From contig CAJFCJ010000018.1 of NCBI GenBank assembly GCA_904063045.1, positions 248,001 to 312,000 on the forward strand: a DNA stretch of 64,000 bases, given 5' to 3'. The position numbers and the translations under genes are program-made. Below are positions 12,101 to 24,136 of the stretch, piece after piece. This stretch comes from Dimorphilus gyrociliatus. Its lineage: Eukaryota > Animalia > Annelida. The notes below the pieces were generated by a model that did not search any database, was not told where the DNA came from, and worked only from the letters and a program-made list of their open reading frames with translations. Positions within the stretch are counted from its first letter, which is position 1; each line of letters begins with the position of its first letter.

Positions 12101-14301
12101 ATGAGAGAAGATGAGCATAATATTCTTAGTGGTTTAAAGCCGGAAGAATATAGAGAATTCAGAAGTCTAGTCATAGATATGGTTCTAGCTACCGACATGT
12201 CTTACCACTTTCAGCAAATAAAGAATATGAAAAATATGTTGTCGATGCCTGAAAAGTAATATTATATATACTTATTCCTTCCAGTGTGTAATTGTATACC
12301 CCGATTTGCATCTCTTCTCAGTATCGACAAATCAAAGGCTTTATCCTTGGTTCTGCATTGCGCCGACATAAGCCATCCAGCCAAAGATTGGGAACTGCAC
12401 GTTCGCTGGACCGAACGGTTATTAGAGGAATTTTTTAGACAAGTAATTTCTTTTTCTTTTAATGCCTAATTATAAGAGTTAAATGCATATATTTTTTCAT
12501 GTTGACAGGGTGATCATGAAGCCGAGTTGGGCCTACCTTATTCACCTTTGTGTGATCGGAAAAATACGCTTGTGGCGGAAAGCCAGATAGGCTTTATAGA
12601 TTTCATAGTTGACCCGAGCTTCCAAGTGATGGGCGACATGTTGGAGAAGATTTTGACTCCATACTCCTCCACTTCACGTCTCCATGACGGTTCAATTACT
12701 GAGGAAAAGACTGCAGAGAAGACGACAAGTACTGCATCCAGTGCACGATCTAGTCGGTCATCTTCACCACGTTCTCGCACCCCAGTCACAGGTATAGCTC
12801 CACCTAGAGTTGACTTTTCGAATCATTTGTACTCAGTAGCGCATTTGCGGATAGGAGGATTTCAAGTAAAATATGTAATTAGTTTATATGCAAATAGAAA
12901 GCACGCGTACATAACAGTCCTTATGCAATTCCATTACATTTACGAAGCATGATGCTATTGTAAGCATATCATTTTAGTGAATGCAAATATATGAATGACA
13001 AAGGGAGAGTATGTATAATTTGCACATTCAAACTTGAAGTCTTTTTTTTATTAAATTTAAAAAATATATTAAATTTCAGTACGTAGCCGACTTGGGAACA
13101 ATAGCCGGAAATTTGTTCCGAAAGGTGAACGTCGATATGATTTCTGTAATTTTCGTTTGCAGTGAACTAACAAAAAAGAAATTTATATAATGATATATGC
13201 TTATGCAACAACACGTTATCTTTTAAGTGCACATTGCTGTTGCAATTTGTTAATCGTAAAATTGGCCACTTAAGTGATTTATAAGCATACTTCTTTTTTT
13301 AAATAGAAGGCAGAGAAAAATGTGCACTTAAAAATATTTTTAAGCTTCGCTATAATTTTTATATAATTTTTCAATAGATCATACTATTTAAATAACTGAT
13401 AGGACGCATTGGCGAAAGTTTTTTATCTTAATCCAAAACAAAATAACATCTTCATGTTTTAACAAGAGCGATTGCATTATTCAGGAATGAGATTCGAAGT
13501 TCGCAGGCAATGGGTGGAATGCCTTACGAAAAATAAGAGCTACTGGAAAGAGAGAGCAATAAAAGGTTGCATCAAATTAAATCAACTTAATTTGTATTTA
13601 AAGGTTATAATTTGAATATGGGCAGATGCCGAACTAAGAAAACAATCTCAAACTTCAAATGCCGAAAATACTACTCAGAATCAGTCTGTTCCTCCTCCTC
13701 CACCACCCCCTCCTCCTTCTAGTAAAGAAAAAACAGCCAGTGCATTCCCTATAGCAACAAAAACTGATAATGATATTGGTAAGACTAAGGAATCTATTGC
13801 TGAATCAGAAAGTAGGGGAACAAAGACTTTATCTAACATTGTCGCCTCATCGTCATCTACTGATGATTCGACGAAAGGTATGAGTCAAATGTCCAACTGA
13901 TTTTTATTGGTTTCATTATTACTCTTATTATTTTTATGATTTACGTATTCTGCGTACAGTTGCATGAAGATGGTTGGAGGTGTATGTTGTCAGATATAGT
14001 TTGAAATACTAAATGCGCAGCATGAACATTCCCTTTTTTAACAAGATATACATATATTTATTTATATAATAATGTATATATCTATCTTTTTTATAATAAT
14101 TAAAAACAAATCAAAATCCCAATAGAGCCTATAACCATATTTTATTTTGACACACTGAAAAGCATTTCTCATTGTCTTATTTTTTTTCTAACAGTGTTAC
14201 ATAAACTTTCAATCTGATTTCTTAATACATTTCATTTCATAAACGAAGATTTTTTAAATATAATATAATTATATACAATATACACAATTTTAAGTTTTAT
14301 G

Positions 14302-14332
<31 letters not shown>

Positions 14333-14814
14333 TCTGTATAAATATCTTGCAAATATATACATATATATATATATATATATACTTTGTATACTGTAAATTT
14401 CTTCATACATACACTTTTATGTTGTACATTGGAATATAGGAGATGTTGTTTCTTAAAATTTCACTTTGACAAGTAAGTATATTTTATTCTGGTTGTTTTT
14501 CTTTTTTCTCTTTATTTTAGTCTACTTTTACATAAAGGGTTAATTTTAGGAAAAAAAGAAGACACAAGCTCCTAAACACACATCTATGTTAACATATTCT
14601 TTTTACTCTTGAAACAGCAGTCTCTCGGCAAACCTCCACTTCCGGTTTACTGGATTTTATGCAGAGAACATCTCTGTCCAACTTTGTGAAATCTCGCTCG
14701 GCCATCACTCAAACTACTCCAATTTCATCACCGAAAAATTCGCCGAGAAATTCGCCAAAGTCCAAGATAGATTGCCTAAACGAGAACGATAAAGAACCGA
14801 AAAGTTCCGACTGA
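1673..14814 (+). CDS. PDE1: Ca2+/calmodulin-dependent 3',5'-cyclic nucleotide phosphodiesterase 1 (multi-exon; longest conserved isoform)
   Basis: Frame-consistent GT-AG exons: 1673-1781, 6148-6216, 6716-6905, 6975-7088, 10453-10635, 11341-11407, 11472-11588, 11655-11795, 11866-11966, 12028-12255, 12322-12442, 12509-12791, 13485-13565, 13626-13877, 14618-14814 (TGA). PDE1-specific segments: RLRHIIKKIEK..KNLAYAASVLEATYIDET, DELSEVEPDAVPSEVRDWLALTF and the CaM-binding KPKFRTVAHAIRAGIMVDRIYRR. Class I PDE catalytic motifs: YHNLIHAAD, HDFEHTGTTNNYH, LENHH, LATDM, HCADISHP, EEFFRQGD, SQIGFIDFIV. Confidence 0.95.
3750..3770. promoter_or_regulatory. Full CRE (TGACGTCA) plus E-box (CACGTG)
   Basis: TGACGTCA at 3750-3757 and CACGTG at 3765-3770, about 860 nt upstream of PDE1 exon B. 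Confidence 0.45.
4629..4737 (+). CDS. PDE1 alternative first exon B
   Basis: MKSLHRAGSSDNIYLESKQYKRKTCIVRVDGCQYTI+G|gtataa. Same length (36 codons + 1 nt), same phase and same VDGxxYTI ending as exon A. Confidence 0.65.
5346..5979 (+). CDS. PDE1 alternative first exon C (211 aa, basic, low complexity)
   Basis: A 211-codon ORF in an AT-rich background with an in-frame TGA upstream (5322). Ends ...ERSFIIQMPNGDFYE+G|gtttgt in phase 1, 168 nt before the shared acceptor at 6148. Confidence 0.65.
6652..6665. promoter_or_regulatory. RFX X-box-like motif
   Basis: GTTGCTAAGGAAAC matches the RFX palindromic consensus. Confidence 0.45.
8118..8174 (+). CDS. Candidate 57-nt symmetric cassette exon of PDE1
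   Basis: ttgttag|A GAA TCA...GAC AG|gtttta; phase 2 to phase 2 and open (ESTGESQVEDATKQTKED). A purine-rich island inside a TA-rich intron. Confidence 0.45.
8818..8888 (+). CDS. Candidate internal alternative first exon of PDE1
   Basis: MAVRRNTVKQDSAGTKCKENGKA+TG|gtaagg. Phase 2 joins exon 10453 (TG+G=W, then RLCDEDD). Follows a GC-richer promoter-like tract at about 8260-8720. Confidence 0.4.
9162..9210. repeat. (TA)n microsatellite
   Basis: Near-perfect TA run with one interruption, in a PDE1 intron. Confidence 0.95.
10753..11108 (+). promoter_or_regulatory. Intronic promoter-like cluster in PDE1 (X-box, CRE, YY1-like motif)
   Basis: GTCTCCATAGAAAC at 10753-10766, ATGACGTCAT at 11062-11071 and CAGATGGCGG at about 11098-11107, in a locally CpG-richer intron segment. 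Confidence 0.45.
13080..13124 (+). CDS. Candidate 45-nt symmetric cassette exon of PDE1
   Basis: atttcag|TA CGT AGC...CCG AAA G|gtgaac; phase 1 to phase 1 and open (VRSRLGNNSRKFVPK). Confidence 0.45.
14302..14381. repeat. Two (TA)n tracts
   Basis: (TA)13 at 14302-14327 and (AT)10 at 14361-14381. Confidence 0.9.
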
Positions 14815-15521
14815 CAAGAGGAGTACCTCATATGATGCCGAAGCTAGAAATTTAAAATGGAACAAAGATAATATATATATATGTATATATATATACAGTA
14901 TATACATATATTTATATATATATACAGTATATATAAAGAAACACTTGACGTACGCAAATTATACCTGCCTAATAGTTTCAATTTCGTTCGTCTTTGCATA
15001 ATGATAGATAAAAATAAGAATTTTTAGTCAATTTATTTAACTAGTCTGAATTTATTTGTTGTATAAAATTTTATAGTTATTAGCAGCGGCATCATTTGAG
15101 GTACTGTAAAGTCTTTATGTAAAAAAATTCTCGTTTATGCGCACCAGTTTAGTATTGAAGCATTTTGCTTTACTTTTTTGTTTCAATTTTTTTTTTGAAG
15201 TACAAAAAGCGTTCGATCTGCAGATGAATGATGCAAACGGAGAACCTGAATTATTTCGTATAAATATATGGTACAATATGCTAAATTTAATGAGCAAATG
15301 CAGTCTGGTTCTTCGGTAATATAGGCTTAAGGGAAATTGTTCTGTATTAAACTTCTTTCTCTTTTGTGAAGCACAATCTTATAGTCTATATTATTATGAA
15401 TACAGAACTTTGAAACAGTATTGCTCTGATCCAATATTGTTCACAATGTTGTTTTGGCCTATAAACATCGGCCAATAGGCACTTACTGCGCTTGTTTATG
15501 AATGCCGGATAAAACGAAAAA

Positions 15522-18500
15522 ATGCTTCAGTACGCAATTTCTCGAACTCTTTCAAAGGAGCAACTTAAAAATATGAAGGATACTGAGGAACCAGAGACAC
15601 CAGCATCACCTGATGTACCAGAGACAATACGCAGAAATCTGGCAGGAATGGATAGGCACGTCTCGTTATCCCATTATCGACCCGATTTGATTGATTATAA
15701 ATCTAGCAAACCGTTGCTCGAAGGGAATTTAAATGAGATAAAGAGAATAACTTCTAGGTGCGTCAAGATATTCCTTTCATCCACATTTTCCGGTTCGTAC
15801 TAAAAGAGTTTGCTGAAACGTTTAAGAGAACGATAGCTATTTATTTAGATTTTGTCGAAGAAAGAAACGCCCTGATGGAGCACGTATATCCAAAATTGAA
15901 AGATTTCTTTAGAGATAGTTATGGACTAGAGTTTCATGTAAGTTTCATGCGATGATTCATTCATACCGAAATATGTATACATATACAAAAAAAATTGATA
16001 AAGTAAAGTCTGTATTTTATTTACTTTACTGTTCAGCACGTTTTTTTCGTTATGCAGCAGTAGGCAACAGTGAGGATGTAGTCCTAAATAAAAAATATGT
16101 TTATCCTTTAGGCAATGGATCTTAGATGGGGGATAATGCAAGAATCCAGCGATAATCACATGATTATTGATTTTTGCTTGAATGAAATTGTTAAATGTCA
16201 ACAAACTTCGGCTGGCCCGAATTTTGTTATTATGATAGGTGAAAAATATGGATACCGCCCATTTCCACCGAACATTGTCGATAAAGAACTGGAGATGATT
16301 AGAAGTAAATTACCAGCTAGTCAGGTTAAATTGATCGATAAATGGTATCAAAAGGACGAGAATATCATTCCAAATCTCTACAGATTGAGACCCATCAGTA
16401 CTTTCATTCCAAATTATAACCACAGAGTGAATATCTTTAATATATATCTTTTTTCTTTACTTTAATCAACTTCATATTCCTCTATGATTAGGATTCAATA
16501 AAAAAAAGGGAGGCAGCTGAGCAGTGGTCAAAATTATATAGTCAGCTACAGGAATCTTTACGAAAAGGCGTTACACTTTGTAATGATGACGAAATTTCGA
16601 AAGAAGATAAACGCAAATATTTCATTTCCGGTATACACATTTACAATGGCTTCTTATTGAATAAACAATATTTAGCTTTTTCTCGCTTTCTTGTTCACGA
16701 AACAGTTACCGAAATGGAAGTTGATAAAGGTTTTGAAGTAAATAAAAATATGGAGCATAAAAAAATACTCTACTTTTCACGAAAAATTTCAAAATTAGAA
16801 GAAAATAAAAATCATGAAAAATCTGCCTCATATCTAGATAAATTACCTGATGGTAAGTCACCAGTTTTCTAAAGCATAGAGTTAAACTGTTGGAGCATAT
16901 ATTTAAAAGAGTATTTTCGTAACGGCTTAGTAAAAGTTAATAAAATCAACTACTAAAACAGGAACGATAGATAGAGAGACTCAGGAACAGCTAACTAACA
17001 TGAAAAAGAAGTGTGTGTCGAAGCTTCAAAGGAAGTTTAATAAGTGCGACCTAACTGTCGAATGGAACGACAAGGCAGAGCGTTTAACGAAGAACGATGA
17101 ATATCTTAAAAAATTTTGTTACGAATTCGAGAGTCGAATGAAGAATCTAGTTGGTCAATCCTTTTTCGGCTTAAGCAGTGACCTAATTTCCGACAGTTTT
17201 ATAATCGAATTAGATCAGCATCTCGCCACATGCCGTAACAGAGCAGACGCTTTTAGGGGGCGTCAGTCATTGATCGATAGTGTAAAAAAGTTAGTTACAA
17301 CGGAAAATGATGGAAATTTGACTGTTGTTGTTTACGGGATTAGCGGAAGTGGTAAAACGTCGCTGCTGGCAAAATGTGCTAGTTTAGCAAAAGAATGGTT
17401 GCGAGAAAAATATCCTCATTCCACACCTTATTTAGTAATCAGATTTTTGGGCACCACTGCTAGAAGTTGTAGTATTAGATTGACGCTGGCGTCTATATGC
17501 ACTCAATTGGTATTACTATATTTCGACTCTAAGAGAAGGCCAGAAATACCATCTGACTGGACAAACTTGAAGCAGTTATTTCAGCGTTTGTTAGGCTGTG
17601 CTACTGAAGAGAAACCTTTAATCCTCATTCTAGACTCCTTGGATCAATTATCGACTAGCAATAATTCTCATTCCCTTCAATGGCTACCTTGGAAAATTCC
17701 ACAGTATGTTACTTTAATTGTGTCTCAAGTTAGCAACACAGGTGGCGTCTGCGGTCGATTGAAAACAATTGTGCCAGATCAACGATATCACATTGAAGTC
17801 AAACCATTGAGCAAAGAAATGAGTTGGAAATTAGTTGATGAATGGTTAGCTAAGGAGAATAGAACTTTGACCACTTTTCAGGAAAAAGTTGTTCAACAAG
17901 CTTTTCTTGAGTGTTCCCTTCCATTGTATACAACGGTAAAATCAGTTTTTACAAAACCATAAAGCATACACCTAAGAGATAATCTTTTTCAGCTGGTTTA
18001 TGAGCAAGTAAAAAAATGGCATTCCTATACTCCTCCAAATCGTTCGTATTAAGTTTCCTTTAGTATATTTACACCTTAGCTTAAAAAATTAACAGAGACG
18101 GTTCTTAAACCGTGCATTCAAGCAATTATTAATACAATGTTTGAGAATGTGGAAATAAGTTTTGGAAAAATTTTTGTTACTCATACTCTGTCTTATATTA
18201 CTGCGTCTCGAAATGGTTTATCGGATCTGGAATTAGAAGATCTTTTAAGTTTGGATGATACAGTGTACATTTATTTTCCTTTTGATTTTTCAATTCTCAC
18301 TAATTACTTTTTCAACAGTTTACAAGAAGTGTTTCAGCATTGGCTTCCTCCAACTAGAAGAATACCACCATTACTTTGGCCTCGCTTACAAGCAGAACTA
18401 TCTAGCTACATTGTGAGGAGAGAGTCAGACGGGACTATGGTATATTATTGGTATCATAGGCAATTCATCAAAGTTGCAAAAGACAGATATTTATCGAGTG

Positions 18501-21500
18501 ACTCATTAAGAACAGACTTTCATTCGTCAATAGCTGATTATTTTTTAGGAAAATATACACGAGGTTCAAAGAAAAGTTTTAAGGTTCCTAAAGTAGCTGG
18601 TTCCAGTCAGCGTTTCAAAGAAATCGAGGCTGATCGTAAAGTTCGGGCTCAGCCGCTAATTTTTGGTACTGACACTCAGCGTCACGCTAAAACTCGATAC
18701 AATATGAGAAAATTGAGTGAATTGCCTTACCAGCTAATACGCGCTGGTAGAATTGAGGACTTAAAGAGTGAAGTCCTTTTTAACTTAAAATGGCTAAAGA
18801 CTAAAGTGGCTGCTCAGACTATTCAGGACGTTTTATCAGATTTTAGACAATTACAAGAATCTAGTTATGCAGTTGATGACCCAGAAGTATCACTCTTAGC
18901 AAATACGCTTCAATTATGTGGCACAAATGTTCAAAAGTCAGGGGGAGAAACGCTAGATTTTGAGATATCAGCTCGTCTTTTACCTTTTTATGACAATAAG
19001 AAATACGAATATATAAGACGACTAATTAGATTTTGTGATGGCAAAAGAGAAAAGCCGTCGGCGATCGTTCCTCTATTTGCTTGTTTAGAACCACCAAACC
19101 CTGCTCTCCGATACCTCCTTGAAGATCATACAAAACACGTTCTAGATTTAACGTTTTCCTCAAATGGGAAATACTTATACAGTTTAAGTAAAGATGGCAC
19201 GCTGGGAAAATGGGATATGAAGATTGGCGAACGTCTATTTAGTGTTCCCATAGATAAAATTGACAAGGCCAAGGCTTCCATCCATCTAACGGCGGATGAT
19301 AAATATGTGATAACGACAGCTATCAAGGAAGATTGCGAGACGAGAATATTCGATACGAAATCGGGATTACCAAAAGGCGGAATTTTAAGGGCTCCCAATA
19401 TATCTAATTTAAAGCACGTCGGTAGGCGATATTTTATTAGGCAAAAAGAAGTGATTAACGTCGAAACTGGAAATACGCTAGTGAATTTAGATGATTACTT
19501 GAGTAACTTCTCGTCAAACTCATTAAGCATATATGCTTTAGCTATGACCCATGACGAAAAGCTGTTGCTTCTTGGAACGAAGATAGGTACATTAATATTT
19601 GATTTACAAGTAAGATCATTCATCTTTTTAATTCTGTATGTTGATAATTTTTTTAAATGCAGACTAGGAGCTTACTTGGAACTATAAAATCTGAGAATGC
19701 TGTTTCAATCATAAGCGTTTCATTGGACGATAAAAGGGCTTATGTAGGTTACTCTGTAGAATGCACTTTAAGTGTTGTTGACTTGAAAAAGGACTCCTGT
19801 AACTTTTGTAAGGAAATAATGAAATTCGAACACCTAACAGAGGGTCGTAGAAAATCTAACTTTAAGAGTTTACAGTTACTTGGCTTATTCGAAAAATCGA
19901 AAGGTGAGGGGAACGACTGTATGATACGAGAAATGACTGGAATAAATTGTTGCCAAGAGGAAAATATTCTTCTGCTAAATTTTGACAGAAAGGACCTATT
20001 ATTGATTGATACTTCCAATCAAAATGCTCTAAAAGTGGTCGAAATGACAGCTCCTCAACCAGAAGATGAACAGGTTGAAAGAAGATGGAGAAATTGTTTC
20101 ATAACAAAAAATAGTAAAAATGCTATAGCTACGGAGGAAAAGCAATCACTCATGCACATCTGGCGTTTATCAATGTCGCCTATAAGGGCCAACCATGTCA
20201 CCTATGTAAATGTTCATAGTGACGGCCACTTTCCGATTGCAATATCAGCTAGTGATTCTCCCTTATCAGCTACAGCGTCAAATTTACATACAGCTATAAA
20301 AATATGGGACGTTCAGAAATTCTCTTACTCTAATCTAGATGATAACGAAAATGTAAGAGAAATAGAAGACAGCGAATGTGTTGTAAATACTGTTCAAAAG
20401 CTACCACATATCTATAATAATCCAATCGACTTGGTCGCTGCAGTTCCATCGAAGGAGCTTCTCTATATTAAAAAATATAGGGCAATAACGGCGGGCAGAA
20501 AATCAGTATATACTAGTAAAGATTGTTTTGGTATAGATGTCTGGAACATTGTAACCCTAGAGAGCAAGTATTTTTTACCCTTTGGTAATTACGGTGACTT
20601 ACTCGCGATGAAAGCAACAAGCGAACGTCTTCTCCTCCTTATAGCTATTAGTTTGAGGAAATACAGATTTGCCATTATGGATACAGGGGGTAGTGAATCT
20701 AGTTTACTCTTATTGCGAGATATTGAAGACGTAGCTAACGATATCATTGTCTCACATAATGACAAATATGCTGCTGTTTTAGCTGCATCAACAATTCCAA
20801 TTTTTAATATAAAAACCGGAAACTACTTAATGAAATTGCCCCACACCCTAATCGTTCGCTTTATGTATCATCCTCATGAAGATTCTCTATTATTTTGTGA
20901 AAAAGGGACGTCCTTGACTTATGTAAATTTAAGTAATGAAAAAGCAACCAAATGTAACGACGTTTTAACAAGATGCAATTTGAATAGGATAGACGACATT
21001 CAATGTGTGCCTAAACGAGTTTCCGTAGTCCTAATAACTGAATACATCGAAGGAACTTATCCTCATACTGTGGCTGTAGCATTTAAAATCGATAAAACAA
21101 TAAAAAATATTATACAGCTATTCGAATTTGATGGAATGTCTAAAAATGGATGGCTTTGCCTTAGTCCAGATGGAAAATATGCTCTTGATAAACAGCTTCA
21201 TTGCTATGATTTGGACGAAAACGTAAACACCAAACTTAAATGCACATTTTCTGCGTTCGGAAATTCCATTAAGCAATGCTCTCTATTTGGATGGTTTACG
21301 GAAAATAACACAATTGTTTTCGTAAATTCGGAGACAAATATTTTATACGCTGGGCATGCTGAAAACGGAACCATTTTAGGCTGTGCAGCCATGCATGAGA
21401 GAATTAGAAGTATCGCATTATTTCGAGGAGGACTTGTTGCAGTACTTGGAAGAGAAGATGGGCATTTAATTCCTGTTCGAATATTCCCTCCAGGATATCT

Positions 21501-22023
21501 GCGTTTGAACTCTAATGAAGTATCTCAGGAAACTGTTAAGGGCAAGGATGATTGGGAAATGATTACTTCAAAACCTAACATATCGTTTGATGAGCCTTTT
21601 TTTTCTTGTAGTAGCTCAGAAAGTTCGCCTAAGATGAAACGGAAGAATCGTTTTAAATTATTTATCAAAGAACGGGCTAAAAGTTTTGAACATTTATTGG
21701 TAAAACCACTAAAAACAGAGAGTGAAGCTAAACATTTATCAGGGGAACAAAATAAGGATGTTTTTATTGCTAAAAGAACTTGTAGACTGTTAAATATTGC
21801 CGATGCCGGAACATATCCTATTGCTGACTTTTCTGTCTTGCCGTCAAAAATTGAAAAGAGCTTACACTTGGTTCATAAAAGTATTCACGTTGATCTCCCC
21901 GAGGGTTTTATGAGCATGTATTCGCGTTCAACTCCTAAACGCAGTCTATTTGAAGCTGATACTTCCAAATGTGCCTATAAAACACTACCGAAGAATTTTA
22001 AAAAAAAATATGACCTTGGTTAG
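15522..22023 (+). CDS. NACHT and WD40-repeat protein (NWD1/NWD2-like STAND NTPase) with an N-terminal DUF4062-type domain
   Basis: Exons: 15522-15792, 15849-15937, 16112-16426, 16492-16630, 16706-16852, 16962-17935, 17993-18041, 18096-18264, 18319-19609, 19663-22023. N-terminal IFLSSTFSDF.EERNALMEHVYPKL...DLRWG, Walker A GISGSGKT (17336-17359), Walker B LILILDSLD, family motif PPTRRIPPLLW, and WD repeats (H..HVLDLTFS...KDGTLGKWD; TAIKIWD). The start could instead be a 48-nt exon at 15268-15315 spliced to 15531. Confidence 0.92.
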
Positions 22024-24040
22024 GTACATTTTTGTTTGCATAAAAAATTTTTGTTAGAGACATTTAAGACAAATTCTTATAGAAATAAAAGATTTAGGTA
22101 AATCTAAAATGTTTTTAGTTAAAAATAAACAGAAGGCGCCAGTGTACATCGATCTTTAAAGAACTTTGTCAGCTTAAAATAATTACAATTCTCTGCTCTT
22201 CCAGATCTTTCTTACTGAAATAAAGTTTATGAATAAATTAGTAAAGTTACCTTATAATCAAACTGTTGCAAAGCCATCAGCTAATAAATACCACAATAAT
22301 GATAAAAATTGTGGTTTATTCTATACCTGGAGGCGTCTGTCTTTAAAGCGACAAGCTTTTAAGCGGTAGACTTACCAAACGATATATAAAGTTGCAAACA
22401 CGAAGACGATAAAAGCGATCCCGAGTAAAATTGTACACTATATCCAATACATTTATAATACTTCTAGCTGAAGATTTAACAACTTTTGTTGACTTCACAA
22501 TGGTGCAGTTTGGACATGAGCCTGAAAGATTAATGAGAGACATAATAAATTATACGTTACAAGCATTGCAGTCACGAGGGTGCGCTTCAAATCCCTTGAT
22601 CGATTAAGACTAACTAATAGTCATTAATGATAAGAGTTGTAAAATATTAGTTCTGAGAAGAAAAAAATACATTTTCAGAATGCAAAAGAAATACATAAAG
22701 CAATAAAGATTGCTTGTCAGCCAATAAGCGAACAAAAGATATATCTTTATGTAATTCTTACTAGTTTAAGTCTTAAAATACTTCTTAAAAAAACACTCGA
22801 AGTAATATGTCCAATGTGGAAATTGCCGTTTGCTCATTGTAGCATATTCATTTGCTACAGAGTTTCTTCTAACTTCCTACCTTCAGATTTAATACTTCTT
22901 ATCACTCTGTTTACTAGGCGAGATAATTGCATTCTTACTACAGAAAGATTTTTAGCACTTTCTACATTAACACATATTATAGGCAATGAATATGAGGATA
23001 TAAAGCGATAATGAGAAGAATCTGTTAGAGATATTCGTAAGAAGCCAATTTTTACAATATTTAATAAAACGGTTGAAAAAAATTCAGATTCTTGAACATA
23101 ATAATAATTTAAGAAACCCGATTTGTATATTTTTGGTCTGCTGGCAAAAATTAATAAAATTTGCCTGCTCTTCTGTAAATTTAAAACAGCATATACTAGA
23201 TATACACTTGTTTCATTATTTTAAAGGACATTAATTATACAAGAATCAGTAACTTTCACTTCTCTATGCTAGGGTTAAAAATTTTTCCAGAATATGCAGT
23301 ATAAATAAAGTCAATAGGCTATAGTCAATATTCTATTAATTAGTTTTTTGGTAATCATCACTTTTTTTGTCATCTGAAATTTACAGGCATTTAGTAATTG
23401 TTTTTTGAAATTTAACTTTTTTTGAGCCTTCGGTAAAATATGTCAAGTAGGGATCTTTTAAAACTTTTTCAGTCTAGAAAATCATCAACCAAAGTGAGAC
23501 TTACATAGGTAGTATTTTTAGGTTTTTTGGGTAAGAGAAGTTTTGTAACGTCCAAGACGTCTAAATTACAATTATAGACCAAATAATAGAACCAAATAGC
23601 ACAAATGGATCTTGAAAACATGATTATGCCATAGGTACTAATTTTTAGCATTTATCAAAAACTGTCTGGACAATATTATCTTATAAAGCTTACAGCTTTC
23701 GGCTTAAAATAAATATAGATTCTGATAGGCAGGTAAAATTAGTAGCTAATGTCTTCTTTTTGTGAAAATTGAAATATTTTAAAGGTAAAAAGCTTTAATA
23801 TATCTACCGTATATACTTTCGCTAGGACGTAGACTTGCATAGAGAACGATGACTAAGATGCAGTCAACTAGCCGTTGTAACTAAAGTAGAACAAACAATA
23901 TTATGCAATGTTTTTGGTTTTTTTTCCGCATTATTATTAGTGAGTTAGCGCGTAAGTAAAGTTGGGTGCTGTAATTCGTGTGATGATATCACAATTCGTC
24001 AATTCTCCTGGAATTTATTGCATGTTTTTAAAAGTAAACA

Positions 24041-24050
24041 CAAGATGGCG
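24041..24050 (+). promoter_or_regulatory. YY1-type motif CAAGATGGCG near the ENPP6-like 5' end
   Basis: Exact match to the YY1 core AAGATGGCG about 90 nt upstream of the ATG; function untested. Confidence 0.35.
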
Positions 24051-24136
24051 CTACAGATAATTATACTTTACTCCTTCGAAATTGAGAGTCCTTGAGTAGC
24101 TCTTTTTTTTGACAGACAAAAAAAACAAGCAGATTT

